Part shown: piece by piece, positions 26,315-40,659 of the stretch
How positions within the stretch are numbered: position 1 is the first letter of the stretch
Layout of the letters: every line of letters begins with the position of its first letter
From: Octopus vulgaris
Lineage: Eukaryota
Reading direction: 5' to 3'
Assembly (NCBI GenBank): GCA_951406725.2
Contig: OX597816.1
Span: 18,166,001-18,230,000, forward strand
Length of the DNA stretch: 64,000 nucleotides
The notes under the pieces: model-generated
What the model was told of the DNA's origin: nothing
Database searches by the model: none
What the model saw: the letters and a program-made list of their open reading frames with translations, nothing else
Position numbers and translations under genes: made by a program

Positions 26315-26700
26315 TTTTACTGCGGCCATGATGGAGCACCGCCTTTAGTCGAGCAAATCGACCCCTAGTACTTATTCTATGGGGCTCTTTTACCGAACCA
26401 CTAAGTTACGGGGACATGAGCCCAATACCTGTTTCTTTATTACGCACAAGAGGCTAAACACAGAGGGGACAAACAAGGACAGATATAGGTATTAAGTCGA
26501 TTACATCGACCCCAGTGCGTAACTGGTACTTAATTTATCGACCCCGAAAGGATGAAAGGCAAAGTCGACCTCGGCGGAATTTGAACTCACAACGTAACGG
26601 CAGACGAAATACCGCTAAGCATTTCGCCCGGCGTGCTAACGTTTCTGCCAGCTCGCCGCTTGTCAAGCGATGTCGGGGAGACAAACACACACACACACAC
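26315..26700 (-). mobile_element. SINE B (26429-26659) nested in a SINE A 3' half
   Basis: Family A sequence resumes (ttgtcaagcgatg) after the family B head. Confidence 0.85.
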
Positions 26701-26856
26701 ACATTGTTCTCCATAGAGAAAGAGTGTTGCAAGAAGCGACACACATCCACACACACAATAATTGATGTAGTCGTAAAAACTTCAAATAAACGCGGTTGGG
26801 TGTAATTACATTTATCCTCGCTCCAGCTTTGCCACTGTTTCAAGTATATAAACCTT

Positions 26857-27140
26857 TGTTGTTGTTCCTTCTCGAGCCCTGTCTGGCTCAGAAGGGCCGG
26901 TTTCCCGATTTCATTGGCATATAGGTTCCCCACCTGGACGAGACGCCAGTCCATTGCAGGTGAGCTGCTAGATGCAAGAGGAAAGAATGAGAGAAAGTTG
27001 TAGCGAAAGAGTCATTACCTTCTGCCGGAGCCGCATGGGGCTTAGGTGTTTCACTCATAAACAGACACATATCGCCCGGTCTGAGATTCGAACCTGCGAT
27101 CACGTGTTCGTTACCCTAACCACTAGGCCATGTGCCACCA
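26857..27140 (-). mobile_element. SINE, family C-like head with alternative tail
   Basis: 12-bp TSD tatataaacctt (26845-26856 and 27141-27152); (CAA)n tail. Confidence 0.9.
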
Positions 27141-27165
27141 TATATAAACCTTGACATAAATATAC

Positions 27166-27762
27166 ATTTCTTTCCTACCCACAAGGAGCTAAACACAGAG
27201 AGAACAAACAAAGACAGACAAACGGATTAAGTCGATTACATCGACCCCAGTACGTAACTGGTACTTTATTTATCGACACCAAGAGGATGAAAGGCGAAGT
27301 CGACCTCGTCGGTATTTGAACTCAGAACGTAACGACAGACGAAATACCTATTTCTTTACTACCACAAGGGGCTAAACACAGAGAGGACAAACAAGGACAG
27401 ACAAACGGATTAAGTCGATTATATCGACCCCAGTGCGTAACTGGTACTTTATTTATCGACACCGAGAGGATGAGAGACAAAGTCGACCCCGGCGGAATTT
27501 GAACTCAGAACGTAACGACAAACGAAATAACTATTTCTTTGCTACCCACAAGGGGCTAAACACAGAGAGGACAAACAAGGACAGACAAACGGATTAAGTC
27601 GATTACATCGACCCCAGTGCGTAACTGATACTTTATTTATCGACACCGAGAGGATGAAAGGCAAAGTCGACCCCGGCGGAATTTGAACTCAGAACGTAAC
27701 GGCAGACGAAATACGGCTACGCATTTCGCCCTGCGTGCTAACGTTTCTGCTAGCTCGCCGCC
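27166..27762 (-). mobile_element. SINE family B trimer
   Basis: One head and three ~183-bp units; junctions near 27348 and 27531. Confidence 0.92.
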
Positions 27763-28799
27763 TCCCTTGAAATGAATATAACGATAAAGTTTCGAAACAG
27801 ACAACGTCGTTTTAACCTGCAACGATCTTGAATAGCATAAAAATTACAACCTAACCTTTCGTCTTTTCAGTGTCACTGATTACATTCTGCTGCACTTAAC
27901 AATTTAGTAGTTCCAGCTTTTTCATGCAATTAAATGTTTAATTACAAATTACGCTTGTTAGCAATTTATTTGCCAATCCTCAATAATTTATTACTTGCTC
28001 TATTAAGTTTACACGAAAACATTTCTATTCTCTTACTCACTGTTGCTAGCGTTAACAACTACTAAAAATCGTGTTCAATCTAAGCACCATTAAGCAGACA
28101 TCGCCAGTAGTAACCAGCACGCGTCATAGTTTTTTCTATTTTTTATTTATGTCATTTTTGCAAAATAAGAAGAGAAGAAAATGAAACAAAATCTTAGAAA
28201 ACAATTATTATCAAGGATTTTTTTTTAACTTCTAGCAATTTATATTCTTTTAATACAGATCCTTTTAAAATTACTTTATATCTGAAATGAAACACTATCT
28301 AACGTAAAAAATTCAAAGGTTTAAGTCCTTTACGTCAGATGAAAGGAAGCCTGGAAGTAACACTGTATAGAAATGCATTCGTATTATCAACTGTAACATT
28401 TTCCCGTCTTTTTGACTCAGAGATCGTCAGCTGCCATTATAGTTCAATAGGCGTAGAAGATAAAAATAAGCACAATTGTATAAAACCTATATAAAGTTTC
28501 CTACTGCTTTAATGTTTGGACTGTGTATAAACATTAAAGGACATACGGGGAAATTCAATGAAATTTAAGCAAAGTGCGACATTGGTGTAAACACATTTAA
28601 GGCGGCACGGAAAAATATCGACTGTGCAAATTATATATTGCCGATGACATATCTAAGATATTCGAAGACATGTTCTGAAAGATTTCGTATTCAATGATAT
28701 TTATAATGAACAATTGTTTTAGAACAAACACCACACGCATTCATACCGTTCACACGCACACAAATGGTAGAGCGACGCATGTGTGTATGTGTGGTATGT

Positions 28800-28996
28800 A
28801 TTCTTTTATTCTGTTATTCTTTTACTTCTTTCAGTCATTTGACTGCGGCCATGCTGGAGCACCGCCTTTAATTCGAGCAAATCGACCCCAAGACTTATTC
28901 TTTGTAAGCCTAGAACTTATTCTATCGTTGTCTTTTTCCGAACAGCTAAGTTACAGCGATGTCGGGGGGTGGGTAATAAACAAACACGCACATACA

Positions 28997-29066
<70 letters not shown>

Positions 29067-29236
29067 CAACGTGCTTCTTTCCTTCTTTCAGTTTTCGTCT
29101 ACCAAATCCACTCACAAAATTTGGTCGGGCCGAGTCTATAGTAAAAGACACTTGCCCAATGTGCCATGCAATGAGACTAAACCCGGAACCATGTGTTTCG
29201 TAAGCAAGTTGCTTACCACACAACCACTCCTGCGCC
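28800..29236 (-). mobile_element. SINE family A
   Basis: Both halves present with internal (CA)n/(TA)n. Confidence 0.85.
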
Positions 29237-29239
29237 TAA

Positions 29240-29730
29240 AACCTACCCCTTCCCTCTTTCAAATGCACCCAAAATTTGCGTCACCTCCTGGTCCACAATT
29301 TCTTCGTTACCCCCGTTTCCCAGCCTGGCTCATTTCCCTGCTCCCGTCCACGCTGTCACACCTACCCCTACATCTACAAGACCAACTTCTTCGTGGGCAC
29401 CCATCACGGTCCCCATCACGTCAAACACTCCTTGAATCGCACCTCTAGTAATATCATTTACTGTATCTCCTATTTCTTTATTACCCACAAGGTGCTAAAC
29501 ACAGAGGGGACAAATAAGGACAGACATAGGTATTAAGTCGATTACATCGACCCCAGTGCGTAACTAGTACTTAATTTATCGACCCCGAAGGAAAGAAAGG
29601 CAAAGTCGACATCGGCGGAATTTGAACTCACAACGTAACGCAGACGAAATACCGCTAAGCATTTCGCCCGGCGTGCTAACATTTCTGTCAGCTCGCCGCC
29701 TTATCATTTACTGTATCCCCTGCACCCTAA
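29240..29730 (+). pseudogene. Penelope-like RT-EN linker and GIY-YIG start, split by SINE B (29471-29701)
   Basis: LRHLLVHN...PGSFPCSRPRCHTYPYI...HGPHHVKHSLNRTSSNIIYCIS; SINE TSD tatcatttactgtatc(t/c)cc (29452-29470 and 29702-29720). Confidence 0.75.
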
Positions 29731-30004
29731 AATTTGATTTTTTCTTACCTTACTGGACAAGGGATAGGCGTAGGAACAGTAACATGATATAGTTCTTCTG
29801 AACTATGCCTCAACTATGTCTAACTTTTGTTTAGTATGTTTTAAACATTCAGCTTTTAGCTCTTGTAGAAGAGACTCCAAGACAACATGTTACAATTCAA
29901 TCGGAATAAAAAACGAATCTGTTAAGATGTGAAAAATATCAGTTATGGCCCGAGAAAGCTTATTGCTTTCTTCAACTGCATAATGCAATTTAAAAGTACA
30001 AATA

Positions 30005-30390
30005 TCATCATCATCATCATCATCATCATCGTTTAACGTCCGTTCTCCATGCTAGCATGGGTTGGACGGTTCGAACGGGGATCTGGGAAGCCAGAAGGCT
30101 GCACCAGGCTCCAGTCTTATCTGGCAATGTTTCTACAGCTGGATGCCCTTCCTAACGCCAACCACTCCGTGAGTGTAGTGGGTGCTTTTTACTTGCCACC
30201 GACACAGGTGCCAGGCGAAGCTGGCAACGGCCACGATCGGATTGGTACAATTTACGTGCCACCGGCACGGAAGCCAGTCGAGGCGGCGCTGGCATCGGCC
30301 ACGATTCGGATAGTGCATTTTACGTACCACCAGTCCAGGAGTCATGGCATCTGCCGGGTGCCAGTCATAGGATTGGTTCAATTTCGATTT
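30005..30390 (-). mobile_element. Non-autonomous RTE-related element (family D) with internal ~65-bp repeats
   Basis: Minus strand ggttggcgttaggaagggcatccagctgtagaaac (RTE 5'-UTR-type motif, from memory) and a (GAT)n tail. Confidence 0.65.
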
Positions 30391-30708
30391 CGATTTGTAT
30401 GATAGTAATATGCATGATAGTAATCATCCGAAAACGCCGCTTAGTCATTATGACTGGACTATGATGATAAATTAATTACTCTATGTATGTATTCTCTGTT
30501 TTCTTTGAATTTTAATACTAAATCGATAAGGAGGAAAATCACTATAGCGACACCCGAAACTTCAGAAATGTAAATACTAATATTGAAGAGGAACCAACAT
30601 TAAAGACTAGTACGGATATACGTGAAATATTTCCTGTATCGTTAAATCGATATTTGTGCAAAACTGGATAAGATACCCCCTGAAAGAACTTTTTTCTATA
30701 CAGACTTA

Positions 30709-30749
<41 letters not shown>

Positions 30750-30804
30750 GGCGGTGCCCCAGCATGGCCACAGCTCATAAGTTGAAACTAGAATCAATCA
30801 ATCA

Positions 30805-30872
<68 letters not shown>

Positions 30873-32037
30873 TGTATGTATGAACTCACAAACACGTAGA
30901 TATATATACTTGCAAGTACATACAAGCACACACAAGCACAGCCTCTGTAAACAGAAAAGCACATATTATATGGAGAGTCACGCATCATCATTGCTGTCTA
31001 TTCATCTCTAGGAATGTATGTTTAATGTTTATAACATTGCTCTGTTTGAACATGTTTAGGTTCACAAAAGTATAAATATATCAGAAATCGCGTATAAATA
31101 TATCCTGAAATAAATGTTGTGCCATCCCGATGACCACTAGTAAAAAGTGGGGGAGTGACCTTCATCTCATATCATGAGGCAGATTACAACAATGAATCTA
31201 AACTTGAGTTATATGAATAGGATATAAATAGTTCACACACACCCCCACACACACATTTACACACACTCACACACACAATCACTCTCTCACTCCCTCCCTC
31301 TCTCTCTTTCTCTCTCTCACACACACTCACATATATCAAAACTGGTGTTATTCTTCAGACGGAAAGAAAAATTTCTCATAGACATCTAATATATTTCTCT
31401 TACATGTACAATTTTATTATACCTATTAGCAAATGAAACACGTGTAATGGAGAATGAATGATACCAAACTATCCTTCCAATCTTCAGTTATCTTATGTCA
31501 GTATTCTTCAGAATATATATCCGAGTATTTCTCAACTCTTTTGTATAACTTACAGAAATAAAACGCCTACATTCAATTTTAGAGACTAAGCAGCTGTACT
31601 TCATGCGAACGCAGCATGGATTATAACCCTATTAAAACACATACACACGCGCGCACACACACACACACAGGTATGTATGTATGTATATATACATGTGCAT
31701 GTATTTCCGAAGTCATACCTCATTACCATTCAGTACTGTAAATCCACAGGTGTGTTCCAGTTATACTGGTTTTACTCAAGTGGTACACAACAAAAGGCAT
31801 AAAGTTCATTAAATATTATTCTTTGTTGCAGTAAATTTTACTTATTCCTGTTTCCAATTGTCATTATAGATTCATTAATGATAGGTTTGGTCAACCGACC
31901 CATCGAGTGGTTTTAAGAAATTGAACAACCTAGAAAGTCAATGCTACTTTCGTCAGAGTCAATAAGAAAAGATATGCTATGACCATTATTTATGCCTTGG
32001 TTTATATATAAATACACGCACGCACACACACACATAT

Positions 32038-32108
<71 letters not shown>

Positions 32109-32157
32109 CACACACATATGTATGTGAATAGAAACGTATATGAATATAAATATATAT

Positions 32158-32316
32158 AGGAGTGGCTGTGTCGTAAGAAGCTTGCTTCCCAGCCACACGG
32201 TGCCAGGTTCGGATCCACTGCATGGCACATAGGTCAAGTGTCTTCTATTATAGTCTCATGCCAGCCAAAGCCTTGTGAGTGGATTTGGTGAATGGAAACT
32301 AAAAGAAGCCCGTCGT
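32158..32316 (+). mobile_element. SINE family A, 5' half
   Basis: ggagtggctgtgtcgtaagaagc...gaagcccgtcg runs into (TA)n. Confidence 0.85.
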
Positions 32317-32336
32317 ATATATATATATATATATAT

Positions 32337-32401
<65 letters not shown>

Positions 32402-32452
32402 GTGTGTGTGTATACATATATATATATGTATACATATGTGTATATATATATG

Positions 32453-32536
<84 letters not shown>

Positions 32537-32596
32537 TATGTATATGTACATGTATATGATCGAATCCATTTCCTTTCATATATATGAAAATAGATA

Positions 32597-33160
32597 ATAT
32601 TCTGTTGTGTCTGGGGAGAGTCATTTTCTTTTTGTGCCGTATAATTTAACACACTCACCGGTAACATTTCTACTTATTTCTTATTTTTATTTTCCTAAAA
32701 GATTTGTTGCGTCTTGCAACATTTTTAATAGTCTTAACCTAGAAAGACTAAGAGTCAAGACAATTAAAAAGGTTGCAAGACGCAACAAAAATTTTAGGAA
32801 AATAAAAATAAGAAATAAAATTATGGAAATGTTACCGGTGAGTGTTTTAAATTATAAGGCACAAAAAGAAAATGACTCCCCCCAGACACGACAGAATATG
32901 CTTCAATACACGAACTCCTATAAAGAATCTTGCAAACCAAATACGGGAAATAAATAGTCAAGACAATTGAAAAGGTTGCAAGACGCAACAAAAATTTTAG
33001 GTAAATAAAAATAAGAAATAAATGGAAATGCTACCGGTGAGTGTTTTGAATTATAAGGCACAAAAAGAAAATGACTCTCCCCAGACACAACAGAATATGC
33101 TTCAACACACTAACTCATATAAAGAATCTTGCAAACCAAATCCCCAAACGAAATACTATT
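32597..33160 (+). mobile_element. Penelope-like pLTR cluster: one inverted partial and two tandem ~203-bp units
   Basis: Units start agtcaagacaatt at ~32754 and ~32956; inverted copy at 32597-32737; gttgc-aagac-gcaac hairpin sits in a hammerhead-like context. Confidence 0.75.
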
Positions 33161-34161
33161 TGATATATTATTTTACCCCAGTGAAATATCAATGATTTTT
33201 TCATTCTTTCTGTCTGTCGATCTCACATTTATAGAGTTACCCTGTATAATATTAATATTTTAAACCGTTCTGTTACTGTATTACTAACATACATTTATGT
33301 TCTATCAGTTTATATATGTATGTGACCTCTTCATCTTACTCTATCACTCTCAATGTTTCCTAGTGTTGTTTCTTTTATTTATCAACATGTTATATACAGC
33401 GGTGAATATCGTAACTTACATTCTTCTCCTATCACAATATTACCTTGTCCTGTTGTTCTTCTCTTTTAATTAGATTGTATCTGTCATCGTAGGTATACAA
33501 TCAAGCAAGAAATTATACGTGTAATATATTATCATTTTGATATATTATTTTGACTTTCGATTGATTCTCTTAATTGAACGAATTTACCTATTTACTGCAA
33601 GAATTCGCACCGGCACATTGGTAAATTGATAGCGTGTATATATACCATTGAAGCAGCGACATGAGTTATGTTGCTTTTAATTAAGGTTTCCCCATTTAAT
33701 TATAGTTAATTCGATGTCGTTTCGTTTTGATGGATCTCTGCTTTTAAGTCCTAACTTTAATTAAATTTGCCTTTATTGTGTTGCATTATTTACATGTGGC
33801 TTGAAGTAATTGAACTTAAATTGATCAATTGATATATTAGCCGCAGTTACCTTAGTATATTGAAAGCAATTAGATACCTTAGTTTGTATCACATTATATA
33901 TTTGTAATATATACGTATATCAGTTTGTTGACTTCATGCGCCTGCAACTTTCTTTATCGTTTGGTATCCTTAATATGTTTATTCCTGTCGATACTTCTCT
34001 CGAAAGTCTAACGATAATGTTTTGAAACTTTATTAATTGCGTTCTGTGAAGATTTTGCTTTTTACGCTACGAATATACGATTGCTTTGTATATGGTTAGA
34101 TATATGGTAAGTTAAAGAATAAAACATTTTATACCTATACATACATACATACATACATACA

Positions 34162-34197
<36 letters not shown>

Positions 34198-34328
34198 TAT
34201 ATATGTTTATATATATATATATATATGTTTATATATATATATATATGTTTATATATATATATATGTTTATATATGCATGTATATATGTGACTATATATAT
34301 ATATGTATATATATGCATGTATATATGT

Positions 34329-34386
<58 letters not shown>

Positions 34387-35281
34387 GCATGTATATATGT
34401 GACTATATATATATATATTTATATACATATATATATTTATATATGCATGTATATATGTGATTATATATATAGATGTACACACTCGTGCATATATATTCAA
34501 GAATATATATCTACACAATTTTCACGTTCAAATATTCAACATCAATATTCTTGTTCTAGGAAACCAAAGAGAACATCAATAAGCATATAACAATAACTAA
34601 TAACAATAATAATAATAACGATGATGATGATGATGATGATGATGATAATAATAATAATAATAATAATAAAATGCACTTGGATGAATTGAAATCAGTTGAA
34701 AACATAAATCTACGTATGTATATTATGAAATAAAAGCAAGTCTTCGCAGTCACTGTCTTGAAAAATGATGCTTGAGAGAAAAAAAATTGCTTTTATAAAG
34801 TTTATAATAATGAATCTGAAGGCTGCGAGATGGCAGAATTATTATCACAATGAAGAAATAACTAAGTAATTTTTCGTCTGTTTTACGTCCGGAGTTCAAA
34901 TCACGCTGAGCTCGACAGGTCATAGAAACCCTCTCGTTGATTCCCAAAACGATATCCAATTCTACTTTTACCTTCCTTTACCTGCCAAAAGCGACATAAA
35001 TGTGGTGCGATTCAAAGTAAACCACCATATGTCTCAATCTCGTGAGTACTGGTTCATCCGTATCGCTGCTTCTAAGTTACGTGTTATACGTGTAGCTTCC
35101 CTTTCCCTTCTTTTTTCTCTTCTTTTTTCTCTTCTTTATTTTTTGCTATAAACTACAGATGAACATATTATCAAAAATGAACCTATACGCATCCAGATGT
35201 ATCTAAATAATGTATTGATTACCAACCTCCAGCCTGTTGTTAATTTGGGGCCCACTTCAAAATCAAAATTGTGTAAATATG

Positions 35282-35690
35282 TATTTCTTTACTACCCACA
35301 AGGGGCTAAACACAGAGAGGACAAACAAGGACAGACAAAGGGATTAAGTCGATTACATCGACCCCAGTGCGTAACTGATACTTATTTAATCGACCCCGAA
35401 AGGATGAAAGGCAAAGTCGACATCGGCGGAATTTGAACTCAGAGCGTAAAGACAGACGAAATACCTATTTCTTTACTACCCACAAGAGGCTAAACACAGA
35501 CGGGACAAACAAGTACAGACAAAGGGATCAAGTCGATTACATCGACGCCAGTGCGTAACTGGTACTTAATTTATCGACCCCGAAAGGATGAAAGGCAAAG
35601 TCGATCTCGGCGGAATTTGAACTCAGAACGTAACAACAAACGAAATGCGGCTACTCATTTCGCCCGGCGTGCTAACGTTTCTGCCAGCTC
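35282..35690 (-). mobile_element. SINE family B dimer
   Basis: Junction cgaaatacc|tatttcttt at 35465/35466. Confidence 0.9.
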
Positions 35691-35697
35691 CTCACCT

Positions 35698-35848
35698 TGT
35701 ACTCATTTTTGCCAGCTGAGTGGACTGGAGCAACATGAAAAGAAGTGTTTTGCTCAAGAACACAACGTGTCGCCCGGTCCAGGAATCGAAACCACACTCT
35801 TACGGTCAATGATGCTGACACCCTAACCACTAAGCCAAGCGCCTCCAC
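35698..35848 (-). mobile_element. tRNA-derived SINE with gtgttcttgagcaaaacactt central motif (family V)
   Basis: Homologous to 41105-41345 and 63793-64000. Confidence 0.8.
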
Positions 35849-36096
35849 AAATTGCGTAAATATGTGCCAGAAAAACATTAAGGAAATAGATTTTTGGGAG
35901 ATGTCTTATTATGATTGACTCTTATTCCATTATTCTAATATCTTCTGAAACTTATGCATATACATATAGAAATACATAAATATACACACACGCATACATA
36001 CATTTTTGCAGTTATATATAAATAAACATTTCGGCATGTCTATGCAATTGTGCCCCAAAGATTTGCTTCTTCATAAACTTGAGAAAATTAAATATT

Positions 36097-36315
36097 TCTT
36101 ACTCTTACTCTTTACTCTTTTACTTGTTTCAGTCATTTGACTGCGGCCATGCTGGAGCACCGCCTTTAGTCGAGGAAATCGACCCCGGGACTTATTCTTT
36201 GTAAGTCCAGTACTTATTCTATCGGTCTCCTTTGCCGAGCCGCTAAGTGGCGGGGACGCAAACACACCAGCATCGGTTGTCAAGCAATGCTAGGTGGACA
36301 AACACAGACACACAA

Positions 36316-36350
<35 letters not shown>

Positions 36351-36537
36351 CACATATATATATACACATATATACGACAGGCTTCTTTCGGTTTCCGTCT
36401 ACCAAATCCACTCACAAGGCATTGGTCGGCTCGGGGCTATAGCAGAAGACACTCGCCCAAGATGCCACGCAGTGGGACTGAACCCGGAACCATGTGGTTG
36501 GTTAGCAAGCTACGTACCAGACAGCCACTCCTGCGCC
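36097..36537 (-). mobile_element. SINE family A, near full length and young
   Basis: Complete head, internal microsatellite, 3' half and tail repeats. Confidence 0.92.
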
Positions 36538-37330
36538 TATTAATGAAATTTTCTACAAAAACGTTTGAGATCGTGAAGATTCATATTAAACTGGAATTCA
36601 TTTTGAAAGCAGTTTGTCCCTACAAGAGTTTTAAAGAATTCACACCATTAGGCTTTGTTGTATATATGTGTATATATGTATAAGTGGGTGTATACTTACT
36701 GTTTTAATTATATCTTTATACATGCACACACATATACAAGACTGGCGCGCCGTCGGTAACGGCGACCATCACAACTCTTCCACTGATTCTGGAACCATGT
36801 GGTTGGGAAATGGTCATAAATACGTTGTTTACCAAAACTATTAATTCATGAATTTAATGTTAAAACTGTAAAACCAGACATCAAAGAGAGTAGCAAAAAA
36901 ATAACAGAGAAATAGATTCTTTGCATGGCATTATTATCAAAATACAAAAATACAAAAAAAAAATGCGTAAAGCAGATACAACACAAAAGATTATGAGGTA
37001 AACAATGTCACCGTACCCTTTAATCTGAGAGTCGAGGTCATTTTAGCGCATAGGTGTACACGACCATACGCAGGCGCATCCGGCATTATCCATCTATCTT
37101 CCTGTCTATCTGCCTGTCTGTCTGCCTGTCTGTCTGTCTGTCTGCCTGTCTGTCTGTCTGTCTATCTGTCTATCTAGCTATCTATTTATCCATCTATCCA
37201 TTTATCTATCTATCTATCCATCTATCTATCTATCTATCTATCTATATATCTATCTATCTATCTATCTATATATATATATATATATATAGAATAAAACTTA
37301 TATATAAAGAACGTGAAATTCATATATATA

Positions 37331-37365
<35 letters not shown>

Positions 37366-38941
37366 CCATTCATCTGTTAAAATTATTTGAGTTTGTGACT
37401 TAAGATTGCCACTTCTGAAATGGCTTACTGAAACAAATAAAGAATTCATAACTTGGGGGGGTTTATATGTGTATGTGTGTGCGTGTCTGTACGTTGTACG
37501 CGTGTGTGGTTATTATTGCATGCAAGTGCATGCACAGTCGAACCTATATATATATATATATATGCAACACATATGCGTTTGCATGTGCATGCGTTTCCTC
37601 AGTTGCTTATATTTTCGCTCTGCATATATATGATATCACTTTTTGCATACGATCTCTATGGATTAGGACTCAGAGGTATAAGGTTATGCGAACGTATTAT
37701 CCATTTGCTTGAAATACAATGGATAAAAGGAAAGCAAATAAGTTAGATCAAATATATATCAGTGGGTGGCATTTATCGCTTGCCAAATCATAGCATGGTT
37801 CCATTTAAATTACTTAAAACGAGAAAGAAATTAATGCGTAACAAAGTATATTGATTCATAGAATATCATACAAAGACACACGTATATTCGTGCGTCTTTG
37901 TACACATATATTATATGCATGTGTGTGATGCATACATTCATACATACATACATACATACATATATACATACATATATACACACACATGCATAGATATATA
38001 CGTACACACATAGATATTGCAGATATAAGTAAATTTACCTACATATACATATATACGCAATATTTATACATATATATGTATAAAGTAGTTATATGCACAT
38101 ATATAGATATACTCAGAGATACGTATACATTCATATATAATATACGACATTAAATTATGTAGTAACGTTTCTAATCTAAAATTTTCTGGAATTATGTAAA
38201 AAAAAAAATTATAATCAATATATTTAGTTTAACAATTGAACAATCATTTCTTTTCTTTATTCATTTCCAGGAAAAAGAAATGTTCTGAACATTATTATTT
38301 GGCTTTTATGCTCAATACAATAATGATGCCAAATTGTCGGCTTGATATGGCTTTACAACTTAATGTAAACCCATATTAACTTTTTAATATCCCTTATCTT
38401 TCCGATATGACATATGGCATATACTGTGTAGCTTCCTGTCTTTAAGAAACCTAATTTGGCTCCATTTTATTATCCTCATGCTGCAATATCTTATTTTGTT
38501 ACGTTTTTTGACTTCCTCTTTAATAAATTGTAAAACATCAGGAACTATAAATCTATGAAATATTTTGCACAATTTTCAAAGAATAGTTTTAAACATATCT
38601 TAAATTTTAATACCATTTCATTTTTTATTTTATTCCGATCTTCCTCTAAAGAAATATTCAAAGTGACATTTATTTAAGCGAAAAATATTTTGAAGTTTAT
38701 ACTAAAATATAAATTTATGTAAGCAATCGGGAGATTCCACAATACATAAAATTGGAGGAATTCTTATAACTACCTGGCGTAAATATTTATAATTGATGTA
38801 GATTGTGAATTGTTTCTACTCATATTTAGTTTGCTTAAACAGCTCTAACTGTGGTGATAAACTGCCATCTGATATTACTTGTTTAAGAACTCTTCTCGTT
38901 GTCGACGTCATTGGTATTTTACCAGTGTGACGAAAATCCCA

Positions 38942-39300
38942 TTGATTCCTGTATTATACGACAAAATGATCTTGAAATTATTCGTGCATAACGACACGAC
39001 TTCCTATGACACAGTCCAAGCAGGATATTCCTCAATGCGAGGAGATTCCTCAGTAATAGCTCTAAAACAGAAGCATATATAGGATTTAAACAGCGTTCCT
39101 TATGACGAACAAGTGCTTGATTGATTCCTGTATTATACGACAAAATGATCTTGAAATTATTCGTGCATAACGACACGACTTCCTGTGACACAGTCCAAGC
39201 AGGATATTCCTCAATGCGAGGAGATTCCACAGTAATAGCTCTAAAACAGAAGCATATATAGAATTTAAACAGCGTCCCTTATGACGAACAAGTGCTTGAT
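38942..39300. repeat. Near-perfect 179-bp tandem duplication of non-microsatellite sequence
   Basis: ttgattcctgtattatacgac... starts at 38942 and 39121; only a few substitutions. Confidence 0.92.
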
Positions 39301-39899
39301 TGAAGCGATCTCGCACATCATCATTTAAAATTTCTACTGAAATGCAAGTCGATTTTGTTAATAGCTTTGTATTGATGCAAGCACAACAGGACCCTACCCA
39401 CCATCACAAAGTTGTACTTCATAAAATAGAGGGTATCGGGGATAGTTCTGTAGCAAATCTCACAGTTCTGTATGCTCTCAACCATGCTATCGATATGCTC
39501 TGATAAAGGAAACTTTTGGGTTCTCTGCATAAGTCACTATTGTAAATCACTTTTGCCAAGCAGTCGGTTGCATTATTTCTTGTAATCACGTTTTTAATTT
39601 CCTTCCCTAATCTTTCCTTCCTTTCTATTGTTTCCTATTTTATTTCTCTACGCTAGCGATTCTGCGGTGGTAGATGTATCACTTCACTAGTTACTGGCTA
39701 TTAGCTCCGCCAACGTCTTCGCTTATCTAGATCGATAATCCAGTAACTTGTTGACTTCTCGAAAGGTAGACGACTTTTCTAGTAATATAAAATGAATCTG
39801 ATTAGAGCAGAAAAACTAATTCAATGTGTAAAGCATCAGTTGTACTCAATCGAAATGAATTACTACTGTTCAAGTGTATGTTTTCCTAGAAACTCTATC

Positions 39900-40270
39900 G
39901 CTTACGCCAAACAATGCAAGTAAACAGCAGGGCTAGCTTCAAGAGCAGAAAATCTGATGAGACAATATAAAACACGAAAGTACTCTAAATAGGTACAGAA
40001 TTCAAACACGAACCAAGTAAACACAGATGAATGATTTCAAAATATTTGACTGAAGGTAAATATGGCGGAACAGGGTGGCTTATAATCAATGGTCAAAGCT
40101 AGATGCCCACTAAAAGATCCTATCATCACAGCATCATATAATATGAAGGAGATTCATGATGCAGGATCAGTAGAAACTATTAAGAAACCAAACAAGACAT
40201 TCTCGACATTCCCTATGGAGTCCTAGAAATATCGAATACCAAATGCAATCACAGGTAAAACATGGCAGTG
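39900..40270 (+). pseudogene. Degenerate R4/Dong-like ORF fragment (zinc-knuckle region)
   Basis: ...PTKRSYHHSII*YEGDS*CRISRNY*ETKQDILD...VLEISNTKCNH resembles the CRxC...ETxxHI...C..L...Y..RHN motif. Confidence 0.5.
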
Positions 40271-40659
40271 ATCTATATATATATATATATATATATATAT
40301 TCTCATTCTTTTGGGGATCGATAAGATAAGTACCAGTTGAGCGCTGGGATCGATTTAATCGATTTAGTACTTCCTCCGAATGTGAAACCAATATCATTAA
40401 GTTGGGCAAGCTGACAAAATAATTAGCACACTGGGTAAAATATTTAGTGACATTTCGTTCCTCTTTATGTTCTGGGTTCAAATGCTGACGGGGTCATCTT
40501 TACTTTTCATCCTTTCGGAGAACGAGAAAGTAAGCACTAGTTGAGGACTGGGGTCGACTTGGCCCTTCCCTTGAAATTGAGGGATTTTTCATAAAATTTG
40601 AAACCAATATTACACCAAAATAAATCATTCTACTAAAACCATATCTCCTGAAATTTGGA

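Noticed and set aside
26515-26805. Recurrent peptide RNWYLIYRPRKDERQSRPRRNLN in many ORFs
   Set aside because: Antisense translation of SINE B, not a gene family.
38240-38290. Strong + strand splice acceptor ttttctttattcatttccag
   Set aside because: No convincing reading frame or partner exons; expected by chance in AT-rich DNA.
39950-40000. CTGATGA...GAAA hammerhead-like words
   Set aside because: Stem II does not pair and no UH cleavage site follows stem III; lies in a decayed LINE ORF.
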